Shown here in pieces: positions 1 to 12,526 of a stretch of DNA of 64,000 nt; position 1 is the stretch's first letter, and each line of letters begins with the position of its first letter. The DNA is from Octopus bimaculoides (taxonomy: Eukaryota), in NCBI RefSeq assembly GCF_001194135.2, contig NC_068982.1, positions 128,712,906-128,776,905 on the forward strand. Reading direction: 5' to 3'. Made by a program: the position numbers and the translations under genes. The notes beneath the pieces are model-generated. The model did no database searches and had not been told where the DNA came from. It saw only the letters and a list, made by a program, of their open reading frames with translations.

Positions 1-39
1 TTGAGATAACCAGTGGGCCAACAGGTGGAGATGGCACAT
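1..39 (-). CDS. FN3 exon D73, class C, 3'-truncated by window
   Basis: ttttcag|AT GTG CCA TCT CCA CCT GTT GGC CCA CTG GTT ATC TCA = VPSPPVGPLVIS. Confidence 0.8.
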   Translation of the reverse strand, partial: MCHLHLLAHWLSQ

Positions 40-1751
40 CTGAAAATAGACAAATGAAAATAGGAGAAATAAAATATATGAAAAGTGATAAGCGTTACTT
101 TAGATTAAAATGGAGAATAAGCTGAATAGTATACAATTATGTGAAATGTCAATTCATTGGTTTATTTTGTTTTTGCTTACTAAATTTTTTTAACATACCT
201 ATACAGTATGATGAAAGTTATAAATAGAGTGAAGAACCTATTACTTTCAAAGTTTTTATAAGTTCATTGTAATGAGGCAAAAGAGAAGATGAAAATTGAA
301 AAAGATCACTTATATTGGCCATATTTAGAACAATATTCTTATTGTCAAAGCAGATTTAATAGAATTTAAGGTAAATGTTATTTTAATCAGCAAAATGTGT
401 TTTGGGGAAAAAAATGTATAATTCATTATAATGAAATGCAAGTGGAATATAATTTGTTTGAAATAAATTTATATTTGCTGTTCACTACTCTAAAATACTC
501 TTATACTTTTTTTTTAAAGCTGTCATGTTTCAATTACTCCTATTTTACCATGCTTTAAAATAGCTTAGCCTCAATTTGAACTTCATATTTAAGCAATACC
601 TTTTCCTTCTTTCTCATGAAAAAGGAAAATGAAACTAAAAGTAATGCCAAAACTGATCTATCCTTTAATATATCAATTTAATAAAATTGATATATTAAAG
701 GAGAGAGAGGAATGTTCAGTCCAAGAATATAATCTCTTTAGTTCAAAGTTTGTGTAAATATAAATCATCTTCAGTAACTTATCCTAATTTGATAGTGCCA
801 TATTTGTATGTATGTTCTTGTGGAGATAAAATGAGCTATCTTGAGATAATGTGATCAGATGTCCCTTGGTATTTCTGCTCAATTTCTGTTAACTACATCT
901 TACATAGTCTGATAAGATTTCAGGTAGTCTCTTATGGTTAAATTATTTTAATCTATACTTGACTTCAATTCACATTTAATTCAACATTGCTGAAATTTTA
1001 CCAGAGTGTTTAATCCACCAAACATATTTATCTTATTTTCAAGTTTTTTATGCTGTGTATTTTCAATGCTTTTTTGGTTGTGTGCTCTTCTTATCCTCCA
1101 CTGTTCAATATTTTCAATTTATCCATTGTATTTAATTGCTTTCTTATCTGTTCTCTTTTGGTAACATCAGAGCCTATTTTCTATGTTAAGGGTGCTTTCC
1201 TACATTAATTCTATCTACATCAGATTTTCAGTAACATATTCTGAATCCTCTCATAAGTTCCTTATTTTCATGTTCCTCTTTCTTATTTATAATTCAATAC
1301 AATGATACAGTAGCAAATTTATGGGACAACTAGCATGGTTACATTAATTATTTTGCATGCCCTATTTCAATTTCTGAGTATTGCTGAATAGTGGAAGCTA
1401 TAGTCACATAGAGAACCGAACAATATCTACTGACTCTATTTTTCCTTTGGCTTGTAATTTCTGGCAATCTTCTTCCATCTGGATGATATGATGGACTCTA
1501 AGATAGATCGGAGGGCCTAAAGATAGATATTTTATTCCAGGGTTAAACCACTGTCAAGTTGGAGAGGAAGGTAAGGGGGGAAAGAGAGGTGTCACAATCC
1601 AGTAAATTTACTGAATAGTAAGTGACAGTAATCTTCACTACACAATATTTTGTAAGCACAAAAGATTTTATTTTATTTATATATCAACAGTAAAATATCA
1701 ACACCATACTCACAACAAAAATAGAACTAAAATATTTAAAAAGAAACTTAC

Positions 1752-2057
1752 CAAATGGACTACGAGCTAAAGTAGCTGCGTCTGTCTCAAGAGGTGGACT
1801 CTGTCCAATCTTGTTGACTGCAATAACTCTGAAGAGATATTCATTCTTCTCATAAAGGCCTTTAACACACATTTCATATGTTGAAGCATCCACTTGATCT
1901 ACCCTACTCCATATATGGGCTTTAGTATGCTTCTTCTCAACATTGTAAGCAATAATTGGTGAACCACCATCATCCTTTGGTGCCTTCCATTTAATACTGA
2001 TGCTAGTACGTTGGACATCAGTAATGTCAAGAGGACCAGTAGGACATGAAGGTACAG
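1752..2057 (-). CDS. FN3 exon D72, class A
   Basis: VPSCPTGPLDITDVQRT...LARSPF; 306 bp. Confidence 0.9.
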
Positions 2058-2234
2058 CTAAAAAGAACAAGGTAAAAACAATATTTTTAAATTGTTAAAA
2101 AATTAGAATTATGAAAATATTTAATTCTTTAAATTCTTATATATCTTCAGTTATTTTCATAAATATTTTTTATCTATTTCAAATCAATATTTTATGGAAT
2201 ATATCTGTAAATAGGTGTCATTTGAGATACTTAC

Positions 2235-2537
2235 TTGCTTCTCTTGTTGGAACAACAGCTTCAGGAAGTTCAGCAGACTTTCCAGGTCCAACTTTGTTTT
2301 CTGCAGTAACTGAGAAGTAATATTCAGTACCCTCAGTTAAGTCAGGTACACGGCAAGCTGTTTCTTTACCATCAATTGTCATCAGTTTGACCCAATCAGA
2401 TTTCTTATCTTTCCTCATTCTAATAATATATTTGAGAATAGCTGAACCACCGTCATCTTTAGGATGTCTCCATTGAAGATTAACAAAGTTTTTGCCCACT
2501 TTATTAGCCATGAAAGAAACAGGAATTCCAGGAGGCA
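2235..2537 (-). CDS. FN3 exon D71, class B
   Basis: PPGIPVSFMANKVGKNF...VPTREA; 303 bp. Confidence 0.9.
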
Positions 2538-3199
2538 CTAAAAAAGAGAGAAACATTGGTAAATAAATGCAGGTAATGTAAATTGAATACAAACATATAT
2601 AAAAATAAAAATCTTTATTTGTAGTGGAATGTAAAGTCAAAACTTGCATTTACATATGCTCCTTGTCTGTGTGTCTATCTGTCTGTATATCTATCTGTCT
2701 ACACAACTTTCTGATGTTTAAATATGCCTTATAGTCTTCTATTTAAAGGGAGAAAGAGAAACTGACAAAATATATTTCAACACTTATTTTTCTACAAGAC
2801 TACTACAAAGCTATCGCCAAATCCATCTCATTATTAAATGGGTTATTCTGATAGCAGAAGTTATTATCTACTATTTCCATCATTGTATATGATCTGAGCA
2901 GTCCATAAACTTCGATATATAATGTGAGCCATGATGGTAACTACTTCAGTATATTTGGTTCATCAAAAGTTTTGATTTAATGATATCCACAGTTTGTAAT
3001 ATTGTCACAATCGAATTTCATCCTATTCTTTGTAAAAGACACTCAAAGACATTTTTGTACCAACTGTAACTAACCACTATCTTCATCTCTATAAATATAA
3101 CATTCAAATATAATTTTTCAAGTTTCAAATCTCTTCAAATTTGTGTGTGAATATGGAGAATAAATTTACATTCATACATATCAAGTACTGAGCTTATAT

Positions 3200-3590
3200 T
3201 GGGAATTGCACTGGCCTGGCTCTCCATCAGTTAGGTTATGATTACAAGTATTGCAGTTGATTTGATCAATGGAACAATCAGCCCGTGAAATTAATGTGCA
3301 AACGGCTGAGTATTCCACAGACATGCTACCCCTTAATGCAGCTCTAAGGGATATTCAATGTGACACACTAAATGTGACAAGTACGGCCCATTGAACTACA
3401 GATGCAATTCATTTTTGCCAGCTGAGTGTACTGGAACAATGTGAAATAAAGGGCCTTAGTCATAAGGTCATGAGTTCAGTTCTTGGCGGCACATTGGCCA
3501 GGGACACAAAGTGCCACCAGGAATTGAACTCATGACCTTATGACCAACAGCTGAACAACCTAGCCACTAAGATATGCACCTTCACACTAA
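3200..3590 (-). mobile_element. tRNA-derived SINE with an internal inverted duplication
   Basis: Minus strand has cttagtgg (A-box-like), gagttcaattcc (B-box-like) and the body ttcacattgttccagtacactcagctggcaaaaatg shared with the copy at 20914; boundaries approximate. Confidence 0.65.
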
Positions 3591-3714
3591 AGTACCAACA
3601 GAGTCAATTTTTTTATGCGCTTCCAATGGACTATTACATTTTTATTCAATGTAACATTAACCTTATGTATTTGTACATTACTCTGGTTAAAATGATATAA
3701 ACAATATGTATTTT

Positions 3715-3742
3715 ACACACACACACACATATATACATATAG

Positions 3743-3785
<43 letters not shown>
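3715..3785. repeat. Compound microsatellite (AC)(AT)(AGAT)(AG)
   Basis: Read directly; adjacent to the D70 donor. Confidence 0.95.
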
Positions 3786-3791
3786 ACTTAC

Positions 3792-4097
3792 TTATTTCTC
3801 TTGTTGGTATTGTTGATTCTGATGTCTCCAAGGGTGGACTTTCTCCTTCCTCATTGACAGCAATCACACGGAAGTAATATTCTGTACCCTCGACTAAACC
3901 TGTAACTCTGGCAACAGTAGATTTAGGATCAACCTCTTCTGCTTTGTTCCAAGACAAACGTGCAGCAGATCTTACTTCAACAACATATTTAGTGATTGGA
4001 GTGCCTCCATCACTGTCCGGAGCTCTCCATTCAAGATCAACATAGTCATAAGAGACTTTGGTAACTTCAAGAGGTCCTTTAGGACGAGATGGTACAC
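3792..4097 (-). CDS. FN3 exon D70, class C' (near-identical to D61)
   Basis: VPSRPKGPLEVTKVSYDYVDL...IPTREI; 306 bp. Confidence 0.9.
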
Positions 4098-4871
4098 CTA
4101 AAATGAAGAAATTTAAAGAATGGATGTTTTAAGATAATTCTCTATAATTAAACATGAAGATAAAAATGAATTTGAGTAATTTCTTTTTATTTACAAATCT
4201 ATTTTCAGCAGTTTATAAAAGCATCAAGAAGTAAGTTAGAATTAACTCTATATAACTCATATATATTTTGTCCTTTTCATTACTGTTTATGATAACAAAA
4301 AGAAATATGCATGTGAAACACATATCGGGGTAAAAATATAACTTATGATCTTCTTACACCTAAATTTGTCCAAAATTTGTAGATAAATTTGAAAGCTTAA
4401 TGTAAATAATTCTGAATACTCCACTCAAAGACTTAGATATCTTTAGAAATTCACTGTTCATTGGACACACATTCAACCATAAAAATTTATTTAAAAAAGT
4501 TTATGAACACAAAGTTTTATATAATCAAATTAATTATGCAAATTAAAAAATACAAAGGTATGCATGTGTTTTATGCATTTCAGGGTAATAAGTGAGTGAA
4601 ACTCAACGTGTGCTGTGAAGTCAGATGACAAGTAGAGTTCCAAAGATATTTTTAATTTCATGAGGTTGTTAAAGTAAAATTATCTTAAGATATTTGTTCA
4701 AAAGTGCTATTCACACATTTATTTTTTGCAATAGATTAACTCAAAGATGTTATTTACATTCTTCAACATTCAAATGAATGTTTGAATTATTGGAAATAAA
4801 ATGTAGTATTTTCAAATAAGGTGGCATGGAAACAAATACAATAGAAGATAATATAAAGAGTGGATACTTAC

Positions 4872-5177
4872 TGAAAGAGCTCTTGGCCATTGTTGAAGCT
4901 TCAGTCTCTAATGCATCACTGTGACCAATTTTATTGATTGCAGTAACTCTGAAGTCATATTCACAGTTCTGTCTCAGATCCTCAACGCGGTAGTTGGTCA
5001 CTGAGGGTGCTACCTTAGCCACATTGTTCCAGTATTGTCTATTAGCTTCTTTCTTCTCAATAATGTAACCAGTGAGAGGACTACCTCCATCATCTTCTGG
5101 AGCTTTCCAGGAAATGGAAATAGATGTTTTCTCAATATCATAGGTTTTCAGAGGACCAATTGGTTTCGATGGTTTTT
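4872..5177 (-). CDS. FN3 exon D69, class A' (near-identical to D60)
   Basis: KPSKPIGPLKTYDIEKT...MAKSSF; 306 bp. Confidence 0.9.
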
Positions 5178-5279
5178 CTAAAAATACAAAACAGTACACA
5201 ATGATAGAATAATGTCTCTCAAGTTTTACTCACATCAAATACCAAGAAAGTTTAAGATCTATAGACAAAAATTACAGAG

Positions 5280-5873
5280 NNNNNNNNNNNNNNNNNNNNN
5301 NNNNNNNNNNNNNNNNNNNNNNNNNNNNNNNNNNNNNNNNNNNNNNNNNNNNNNNNNNNNNNNNNNNNNNNNNNNNNNNNNNNNNNNNNNNNNNNNNNNN
5401 NNNNNNNNNNNNNNNNNNNNNNNNNNNNNNNNNNNNNNNNNNNNNNNNNNNNNNNNNNNNNNNNNNNNNNNNNNNNNNNNNNNNNNNNNNNNNNNNNNNN
5501 NNNNNNNNNNNNNNNNNNNNNNNNNNNNNNNNNNNNNNNNNNNNNNNNNNNNNNNNNNNNNNNNNNNNNNNNNNNNNNNNNNNNNNNNNNNNNNNNNNNN
5601 NNNNNNNNNNNNNNNNNNNNNNNNNNNNNNNNNNNNNNNNNNNNNNNNNNNNNNNNNNNNNNNNNNNNNNNNNNNNNNNNNNNNNNNNNNNNNNNNNNNN
5701 NNNNNNNNNNNNNNNNNNNNNNNNNNNNNNNNNNNNNNNNNNNNNNNNNNNNNNNNNNNNNNNNNNNNNNNNNNNNNNNNNNNNNNNNNNNNNNNNNNNN
5801 NNNNNNNNNNNNNNNNNNNNNNNNNNNNNNNNNNNNNNNNNNNNNNNNNNNNNNNNNNNNNNNNNNNNNNNNN
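5280..5873 (-). other. Assembly gap (594 N) probably hiding class B exon D68
   Basis: Both flanks match the introns flanking D59 (5180-5279 with 11375-11476; 5874-5961 with 11850-11937), and the B-A-C order needs a B exon here. Confidence 0.7.
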
Positions 5874-5961
5874 TCTTTAATATCCTACTGAATGAAACAT
5901 AAATACAAAGATTCTGAAAATCTGAACACAAAATTCTAATGAGAAATAGATTATTACACAC

Positions 5962-6267
5962 CAATCTTTCTCATTGGTTTTGTGACATCAGTAGATTCAA
6001 GTGGTTTACTTTGTCCTTCAGCGTTAACAGCAAAGACACGGAAATGGTAACTTGTGTCTTCTGTAAGATTTGGTACTGTAAATGTGGTAGTTTTCTCATT
6101 AACAGTGCCTGCTTTAGTCCAGAAGGTTCTGGAATCTACTCTGTGTTCAATAATGTATCCAGTTATTGGTGTACCACCATCATTGGCAGATGGTTTCCAG
6201 CTCAAGTCAGCAGAATTATTGGTGACATTTGTGATCTCCAATGGACCAACTGGTGCAGATGGCACAT
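5962..6267 (-). CDS. FN3 exon D67, class C (near-identical to D58)
   Basis: VPSAPVGPLEITNVTNNSADL...KPMRKI; 306 bp; donor gtgtgt. Confidence 0.88.
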
Positions 6268-6469
6268 CTAAGAAATAGAAAGGAAATATATGTAATATGA
6301 CACTTACTATATTGCTGTTATTGATAAATATTACTGAAAATTCAGTTGGCTCATTTTACCTTTTCAATGAAAATACTTTTGTTATTTCAATTATTTTAAC
6401 GTAACATTTTGTTTTACTATTAAAAGCAAATTTCAAAAAATACATTCAATATATAATGGCTAAACTTAC

Positions 6470-6775
6470 CAAATGGACTTCTGGCCATTGTAGCATCCCT
6501 AGTTTCCAAAGGTTCACTCTCTCCAATTTTGTTTTCAGCAATCACTCTGAAGTGATACATGGTTCTTTCTTGGAGATCCCTAACACAATAATCTGTGATG
6601 TCAGCACGAACTTTCTCAACCTTTGACCAGTATCGAGCAGACTCGGGACGTTTTTCTATGATGTATCCAATAATAGGAGAACCGCCATCATCAGATGGTG
6701 CTTTCCATTTGATGCTGATAGATTTACGCTGGACATCGGTAACAGTAAGAGGACCAATTGGTTTGGATGGAATTA
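6470..6775 (-). CDS. FN3 exon D66, class A (near-identical to D57)
   Basis: IPSKPIGPLTVTDVQRK...MARSPF; 306 bp; manual translation. Confidence 0.88.
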
Positions 6776-6921
6776 CTGAAAGTAAATTTATAATTTATAT
6801 AAACATCTTTCTTTAAACACTTCTGTCTACTTTTAACCAGATTATAATTTCAAATATACACGATATTCTAATTTCAAGTATAAATTTATTTTTCTGCAAA
6901 TATTCAAGTGAAAATACTTAC

Positions 6922-7224
6922 AAAGTCCCTTCTTTGTAGTGACAGGTTTCGATGTTTCAGTAGCTTCACCTTTTCCAAGTTTGTTTTCAGCACATACAGA
7001 GAAATAGTAGTCCATATCTTCTTCAAGTCTAGTAGCTTTACAGAATGTATCGTAAGCTCCAACAGTTGCCAGTTTAGTCCAGTTTCCTAATTTATGTGGA
7101 GATATTTCAACATGGTATTTAGTAATTGGTGTTCCTCCATCTGATTTTGGTTGATTCCACTCAAGTTCAACAAAGTCTTCACCAACTCTGCTAGCTCGGA
7201 CATTGACAGGTGGTCCTGGTAGTG
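6922..7224 (-). CDS. FN3 exon D65, class B
   Basis: LPGPPVNVRASRVGEDF...TKKGL; 303 bp. Confidence 0.9.
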
Positions 7225-7610
7225 CTAGAAAAAATTTGAACATTGTATTATTTTAAACGTTTTAAGATTAGGATAATAGGAACGCTTTAAGATTAGGATA
7301 CTAGTGTTTGACAAATATTGATAAGGTACGATGTGAAATACATTAAAAATGTGATTATGTATTTTCTGTCAATTAATGATTTTCAGCTTTCAAGTTATTA
7401 GTCATAGCTTTTCACTCTCAATGAATTGTCCTTTGGGTACAGTATTAATTCATTTCTTGAGAATTTAATTGGTATTAGAGTCTATTAAGGAAAGGGGAAA
7501 AGCTGTGTAGTAAGACCCAACTAACTGGTTATTGACATGTAGTGACAAGATTAAATCATTTTCAATGGTGACATTACATATATACACAGACTTTACATAT
7601 GTATGTGTGA

Positions 7611-7731
7611 ATGTATGTATGTATGTATGTATGTATGTATGTATGTATGTATGTATGTATGTATGCATGTATGTATGAATGAATGAATGCAAGCATGTGT
7701 CTATGTTTGTGTGTGTGTGTGTGTGTGTGTG
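7611..7731. repeat. Compound microsatellite (TATG)n, (TGAA)n, (GT)n
   Basis: Read directly. Confidence 0.95.
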
Positions 7732-8000
7732 TTCATACATGTATATATGCTGTTATAAATTGAACTCTCATCTTTCTTGATCTCATATATCTTTCCACCA
7801 TTATAATAGTTTCCATGTGGCCTTTTAGCTATTGCATATAAAGTAAATTTATGTTTACATAATATTGTTTACAGTGGGTAGGATAAAGTAAATTTATTGA
7901 ACTACCTGATCACATGGTTCATCAGCTCACTAGAGACACATTCTACACAATTTTGTTTAAATTTCGATATTATACTCAACATTAGTTAACTATAACTCAC

Positions 8001-8303
8001 CAAGCTCCCTCATTGGTTTAACAGAATCTGATTCCAAAGGACGGCTGTGCCCTTCAGCATTGACAGCAATAACTCTGAAGAAATATTCTGTTCCTTCCAT
8101 CAAATTGCTGCATGTATATGTTGTCTGTTTTGGATCCACTGTTGCTGCCTTTGACCATGTAGATCTAGTAGCAGTTCTGTATTCTATCAAATATCCTGTT
8201 ATGGGTGTTCCACCATCTTTTTCAGATGGTTTCCATTCAAGATCAGCTGAATTGTAGGTGACATTTGACACAGCAAGTGGCCCAACAGGTGGAGATGGTA
8301 CAT
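8001..8303 (-). CDS. FN3 exon D64, class C
   Basis: VPSPPVGPLAVSNVTYNSADL...KPMREL; 303 bp. Confidence 0.9.
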
Positions 8304-8595
8304 CTGTAAATACAAAGTAGGATGATATTGTGCATCATGTTGGAATACAATGAGATGATAAGGATTTCATTTTATTATACAATGATAATTATTTGCTATT
8401 ACAAATACATTTAATTGAATTTTTAATGTATTTTTTTCAGAAAAATTAAACATGTATTGCAATAAAATTATGAAATTTTTGGTAGACCTAAAAAGTGTTA
8501 CTGATAGTGATATAATGTATAAAAATTAAAATACATGTTAAGGAAATATAATTCATGTTAAACAGTTGAACCAGAAGTAACAGAAGACGTCATAC

Positions 8596-8901
8596 CATAA
8601 GGACTTCTTGTGAGTATAGTAGAATCAGACTCAAGTGGGACACTCTGACCAATTGCATTTATGGCCATGACTCTAAATAGGTACTCATTCTTTTCATATA
8701 GATTTCGGACACACATTTCAAATGTTGAGGTATCCACTTGATCAACTCTGCTCCATAACAGTGCTCTGGGATGTTTCTTTTCCACCTTATATCCAATAAT
8801 TGGTGAACCACCATCGTCCTTTGATGCTTTCCATTTAATATTAATGCTGGAACGTTGAACATCAGTGATATCAAGAGGACCAGTTGGTATAGAAGGTACA
8901 G
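8596..8901 (-). CDS. FN3 exon D63, class A
   Basis: VPSIPTGPLDITDVQRS...LTRSPY; 306 bp. Confidence 0.9.
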
Positions 8902-9038
8902 CTGAAAGATTTTCAAATGCAAGGAAAAAATCAAATATATTGTATAGCTTGAAATAGTACACTGTTTAAATACATATATGAGATCAATCGTAAATAAAGA
9001 TGAACCAAATAGAGGATAAAATAAAATGTTTTACTTAC

Positions 9039-9341
9039 TTGCTTCTCTAAGAGGGATGATAGCTTCAGAAATCTCTGCCATCTTGCCAAAACCAGCTTTG
9101 TTTTCAGCACAGACAGCAAAGTAATATTCAATGCCTTCTTTCAAATGTGTTGCTCTGAAACTTCGGCTGCTACCATCAATAGTCACCATAGTTTGCCATT
9201 CACTCTTTCTGTCTTTCCTTGATTTTATTGCATATTTTGTTATCTTAGAACCACCATCATCTTTAGGATGCTTCCATTCAAGATTCACAAAGTCTTTACC
9301 AATCTTTGTAGCCGTAAGATTAACAGGAGGTCCAGGTGGCA
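9039..9341 (-). CDS. FN3 exon D62, class B
   Basis: PPGPPVNLTATKIGKDF...IPLREA; 303 bp. Confidence 0.9.
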
Positions 9342-9487
9342 CTAATAAAGTAAAATATGATAAGTAAAATATAGTTTCTTAGAAAAATGAAGCAATTACT
9401 CAGAAAATAAAATAACTATCTATTCTACAAATTCATCCAAACATAAAATCACACATAAATACATATACGAGTAACTTTTTGACTTAC

Positions 9488-9793
9488 TTATTTCTCTTGT
9501 TGGTATTGTTGATTCTGATGTCTCCAAGGGTGGACTTTCTCCTTCCTCATTGACAGCAATCACACGGAAGTAATATTCTGTACCCTCGACTAAACCTGTA
9601 ACTCTGGCAACAGTAGATTTGGCATCAACTTCTTCTGCTTTGTTCCAAGACATGCGTGCAGCAGATCTTACTTCAACAATATATTTAGTGATTGGAGTGC
9701 CTCCATCACTGTCAGGAGCTCTCCATTCAAGATCAACATAGTCATAAGAGATCTTGGTAACTTCAAGAGGTCCTTTAGGACGAGATGGTACAC
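9488..9793 (-). CDS. FN3 exon D61, class C' (YVDL)
   Basis: VPSRPKGPLEVTKISYDYVDL...IPTREI; 306 bp. Confidence 0.9.
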
Positions 9794-9862
9794 CTATAAT
9801 AAGAAATACGGAGATTACCAAATTAATGAAAACAAGTTCATAAGTATTCAATAGAAGTATAT

Positions 9863-9916
9863 CCCTAAAATATATTTAAATGTGGTACTCCCTAAAATAT
9901 ATTTAAATGTGGTACT
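9863..9916. repeat. 27-bp perfect tandem duplication
   Basis: ccctaaaatatatttaaatgtggtact x2, directly before the LINE fragment. Confidence 0.9.
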
Positions 9917-10178
9917 CCCCTACAGGGAGCGACTGAAGGCACTAGGTCTCTACTCCCTGGAGCGCAGGCGGGAGAGATATGTAATAATATACATATGGAA
10001 AATACTGGAAGGACTGGTGCCAAACTTTGGTATCAAGTACTACAGGAATGCCCGCACGGGTCGCCACTGCATGGTGCCAAAGGTACCGTCCACTGCATCT
10101 CACATAAGAACGAGATACTGCAGCAGCCTCGGTTTCAGAGGACCTCAGCTCTTCAATGCCCTGCCAAAACATTTGAGA
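9917..10178 (+). mobile_element. 5'-truncated non-LTR retrotransposon (LINE) fragment, C-terminal end of RT ORF2, CR1/L2-like; runs into the gap at 10179-10471
   Basis: YRERLKALGLYSLERRRERYVIIYIWKILEGLVPN...GFRGPQLFNALPKHLR resembles the post-RT tail of CR1/L2-group LINEs (from memory); GC-richer than its flanks; antisense to the host gene. Confidence 0.75.
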
Positions 10179-11066
10179 NNNNNNNNNNNNNNNNNNNNNN
10201 NNNNNNNNNNNNNNNNNNNNNNNNNNNNNNNNNNNNNNNNNNNNNNNNNNNNNNNNNNNNNNNNNNNNNNNNNNNNNNNNNNNNNNNNNNNNNNNNNNNN
10301 NNNNNNNNNNNNNNNNNNNNNNNNNNNNNNNNNNNNNNNNNNNNNNNNNNNNNNNNNNNNNNNNNNNNNNNNNNNNNNNNNNNNNNNNNNNNNNNNNNNN
10401 NNNNNNNNNNNNNNNNNNNNNNNNNNNNNNNNNNNNNNNNNNNNNNNNNNNNNNNNNNNNNNNNNNNNNNNTATATATATATATATATATATGTGGACAA
10501 AATCACATTCTTGCACTGCCCCCACCCCACAACTTTGTTTCTTCATAACTTTCTGAAAAATGCATCACTATTAATGAACTTTGTATTGGTATGTTCTTTA
10601 TAACATAGATTAAGATTATACTGATGACATACAAAACAATTTTTGAGAAGTTTTGGATCAATCCACCCCCACCCCCATCTATTGACTTTGTTTCCTCATA
10701 ACTCTTGAAGATTCACATTTTGAGACCAAAGTTTGCAGAAATATATTTTCATGAATGTAGATTATGTAATATAGGTGGCTTAAGTATATGTATTTGGGGA
10801 AACTGAGGAAGGAGAAAATTATTTAAATCTCTTCCATCAAAAAATCGCATCTATAAATTCTATCAACATAACAGTACTTCACATCTGAGAAAACATATCC
10901 CTTCAAAATTTCATTCACAAATATGCTTTTCTTCAAAAAGTCATGAGTAAGCATATTTGGAACAGCACTAAATTGCAGTTGCCTATGTGTGTGCACAAAA
11001 GAAAATCAAACAAACAAATAGAGGTGGAAATATGGCATAAAATATAAATCCAAATATATGACTTAC

Positions 11067-11372
11067 TGAAAGAGCTCTTGGCCATTGTTGAAGCTTCAGT
11101 CTCTAATGGCTCACTGTGACCAATTTTATTGATTGCTGTAACTCTGAAGTCATATTCACAGTTCTGTCTCAGATCCTCAACGCGGTAGTTGGTCACTGAA
11201 GGTGCTACCTTAGCCACATTGTTCCAGTATTGTCTATTAGCTTCTTTCTTCTCAATAATGTAACCAGTGAGAGGACTACCTCCATCATCTTCTGGAGCTT
11301 TCCAGGAAATGGAAATAGATGTTTTCTCAATATCATAGGTTTTCAGAGGACCAATTGGTTTCGATGGTTTTT
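11067..11372 (-). CDS. FN3 exon D60, class A'
   Basis: KPSKPIGPLKTYDIEKT...MAKSSF; 306 bp. Confidence 0.9.
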
Positions 11373-11492
11373 CTAAAAATACAAAACAGTACACAATGAT
11401 AGAATAATGTCTCTCAAGTTTTACTCACATCAAATACCAAGAAAGTTTAAGATCTATAAACAAAAATTACATAGAGATATCAAATATCTTAC

Positions 11493-11798
11493 CAAGAGAT
11501 CTCATTGGTGTAACTGCATATTCTGCATTACAGTAAGGACTTAGACCAGCTTTATTCTCAGCTTGAATACAGAAGTAGTAGGACAAATTCTGTTTCAAGT
11601 CTCTCAAATGACAACTATGTTCATAAGCTGAAATAGTTTTCACTTTAGTCTTCACATCAGATGATGTACCACCCATTTCAGATAAGATGTAATTGGTGAT
11701 TTTAGAACCTCCATCTGAAAGTGGTTTCTTCCATTCCAAGACTGCAAAGTCAGGACCAACTTGTGTAGCTCTGAAGTAAATTGGTGGACTTGGTGGTT
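11493..11798 (-). CDS. FN3 exon D59, class B
   Basis: PPSPPIYFRATQVGPDF...PMRSL; 306 bp. Confidence 0.9.
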
Positions 11799-11937
11799 CT
11801 GAAAAACATTTCCAATACAATATTTTTAATATACAAAATTCTCTGACAATCTTTAATATCCTACCAAATGAAAGATAAATACAAAGCTTCTGAAAATCTG
11901 AACACAAAATTCTAATGAGAAATAGATTATTACTCAC

Positions 11938-12243
11938 CAATCTTTCTCATTGGTTTTGTGACATCAGTAGATTCAAGTGGTTTACTTTGTCCTTCAGCGT
12001 TAACAGCAAAGACACGGAAATGGTAGCTTGTGTCTTCTGTAAGATTTGGTACTGTAAATGTGGTAGTTTTCTCATTAACAGTGCCTGCTTTAGTCCAGAA
12101 GGTTCTGGAATCTACTCTGTGTTCAATAATGTATCCAGTTATTGGTGTACCACCATCATTGGCAGATGGTTTCCAGCTCAAGTCAGCAGAATTATTGGTG
12201 ACATTTGTGATCTCCAACGGACCAACTGGTGCAGATGGCACAT
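11938..12243 (-). CDS. FN3 exon D58, class C
   Basis: VPSAPVGPLEITNVTNNSADL...KPMRKI; 306 bp; donor gtgagt. Confidence 0.9.
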
Positions 12244-12526
12244 CTAAGAAATAGAAAGGAAATATGTAATAGATTGCGTATTTGTGTCATCATTTGTTAG
12301 TAATGGCAGCAACAACATCAACAACACCATCTTATCATCATTTTTACATCAACTTTCCATACTGAATTGGCTTATTTTTAATGAAAATTCATTAGTTCAA
12401 TTCAATATTAAAGTTTATTTTCTAGCTTTGTGATGATACTATTTTTCCAAGTTTATTTTTGTTTCAATTATGTTAAGAGTTTACCAAATCAAGAAATACC
12501 TTTAAATAAAAATTGACTCAACTCAC

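Noticed and set aside
7261-7300. 15-bp repeat tttaagattaggata x2
   Set aside because: Short AT-rich local duplication with no further structure
5212-10603. Long ORFs of 125-230 aa spanning N runs
   Set aside because: Artefacts of translating gaps as X; only the LINE part before 10179 is real
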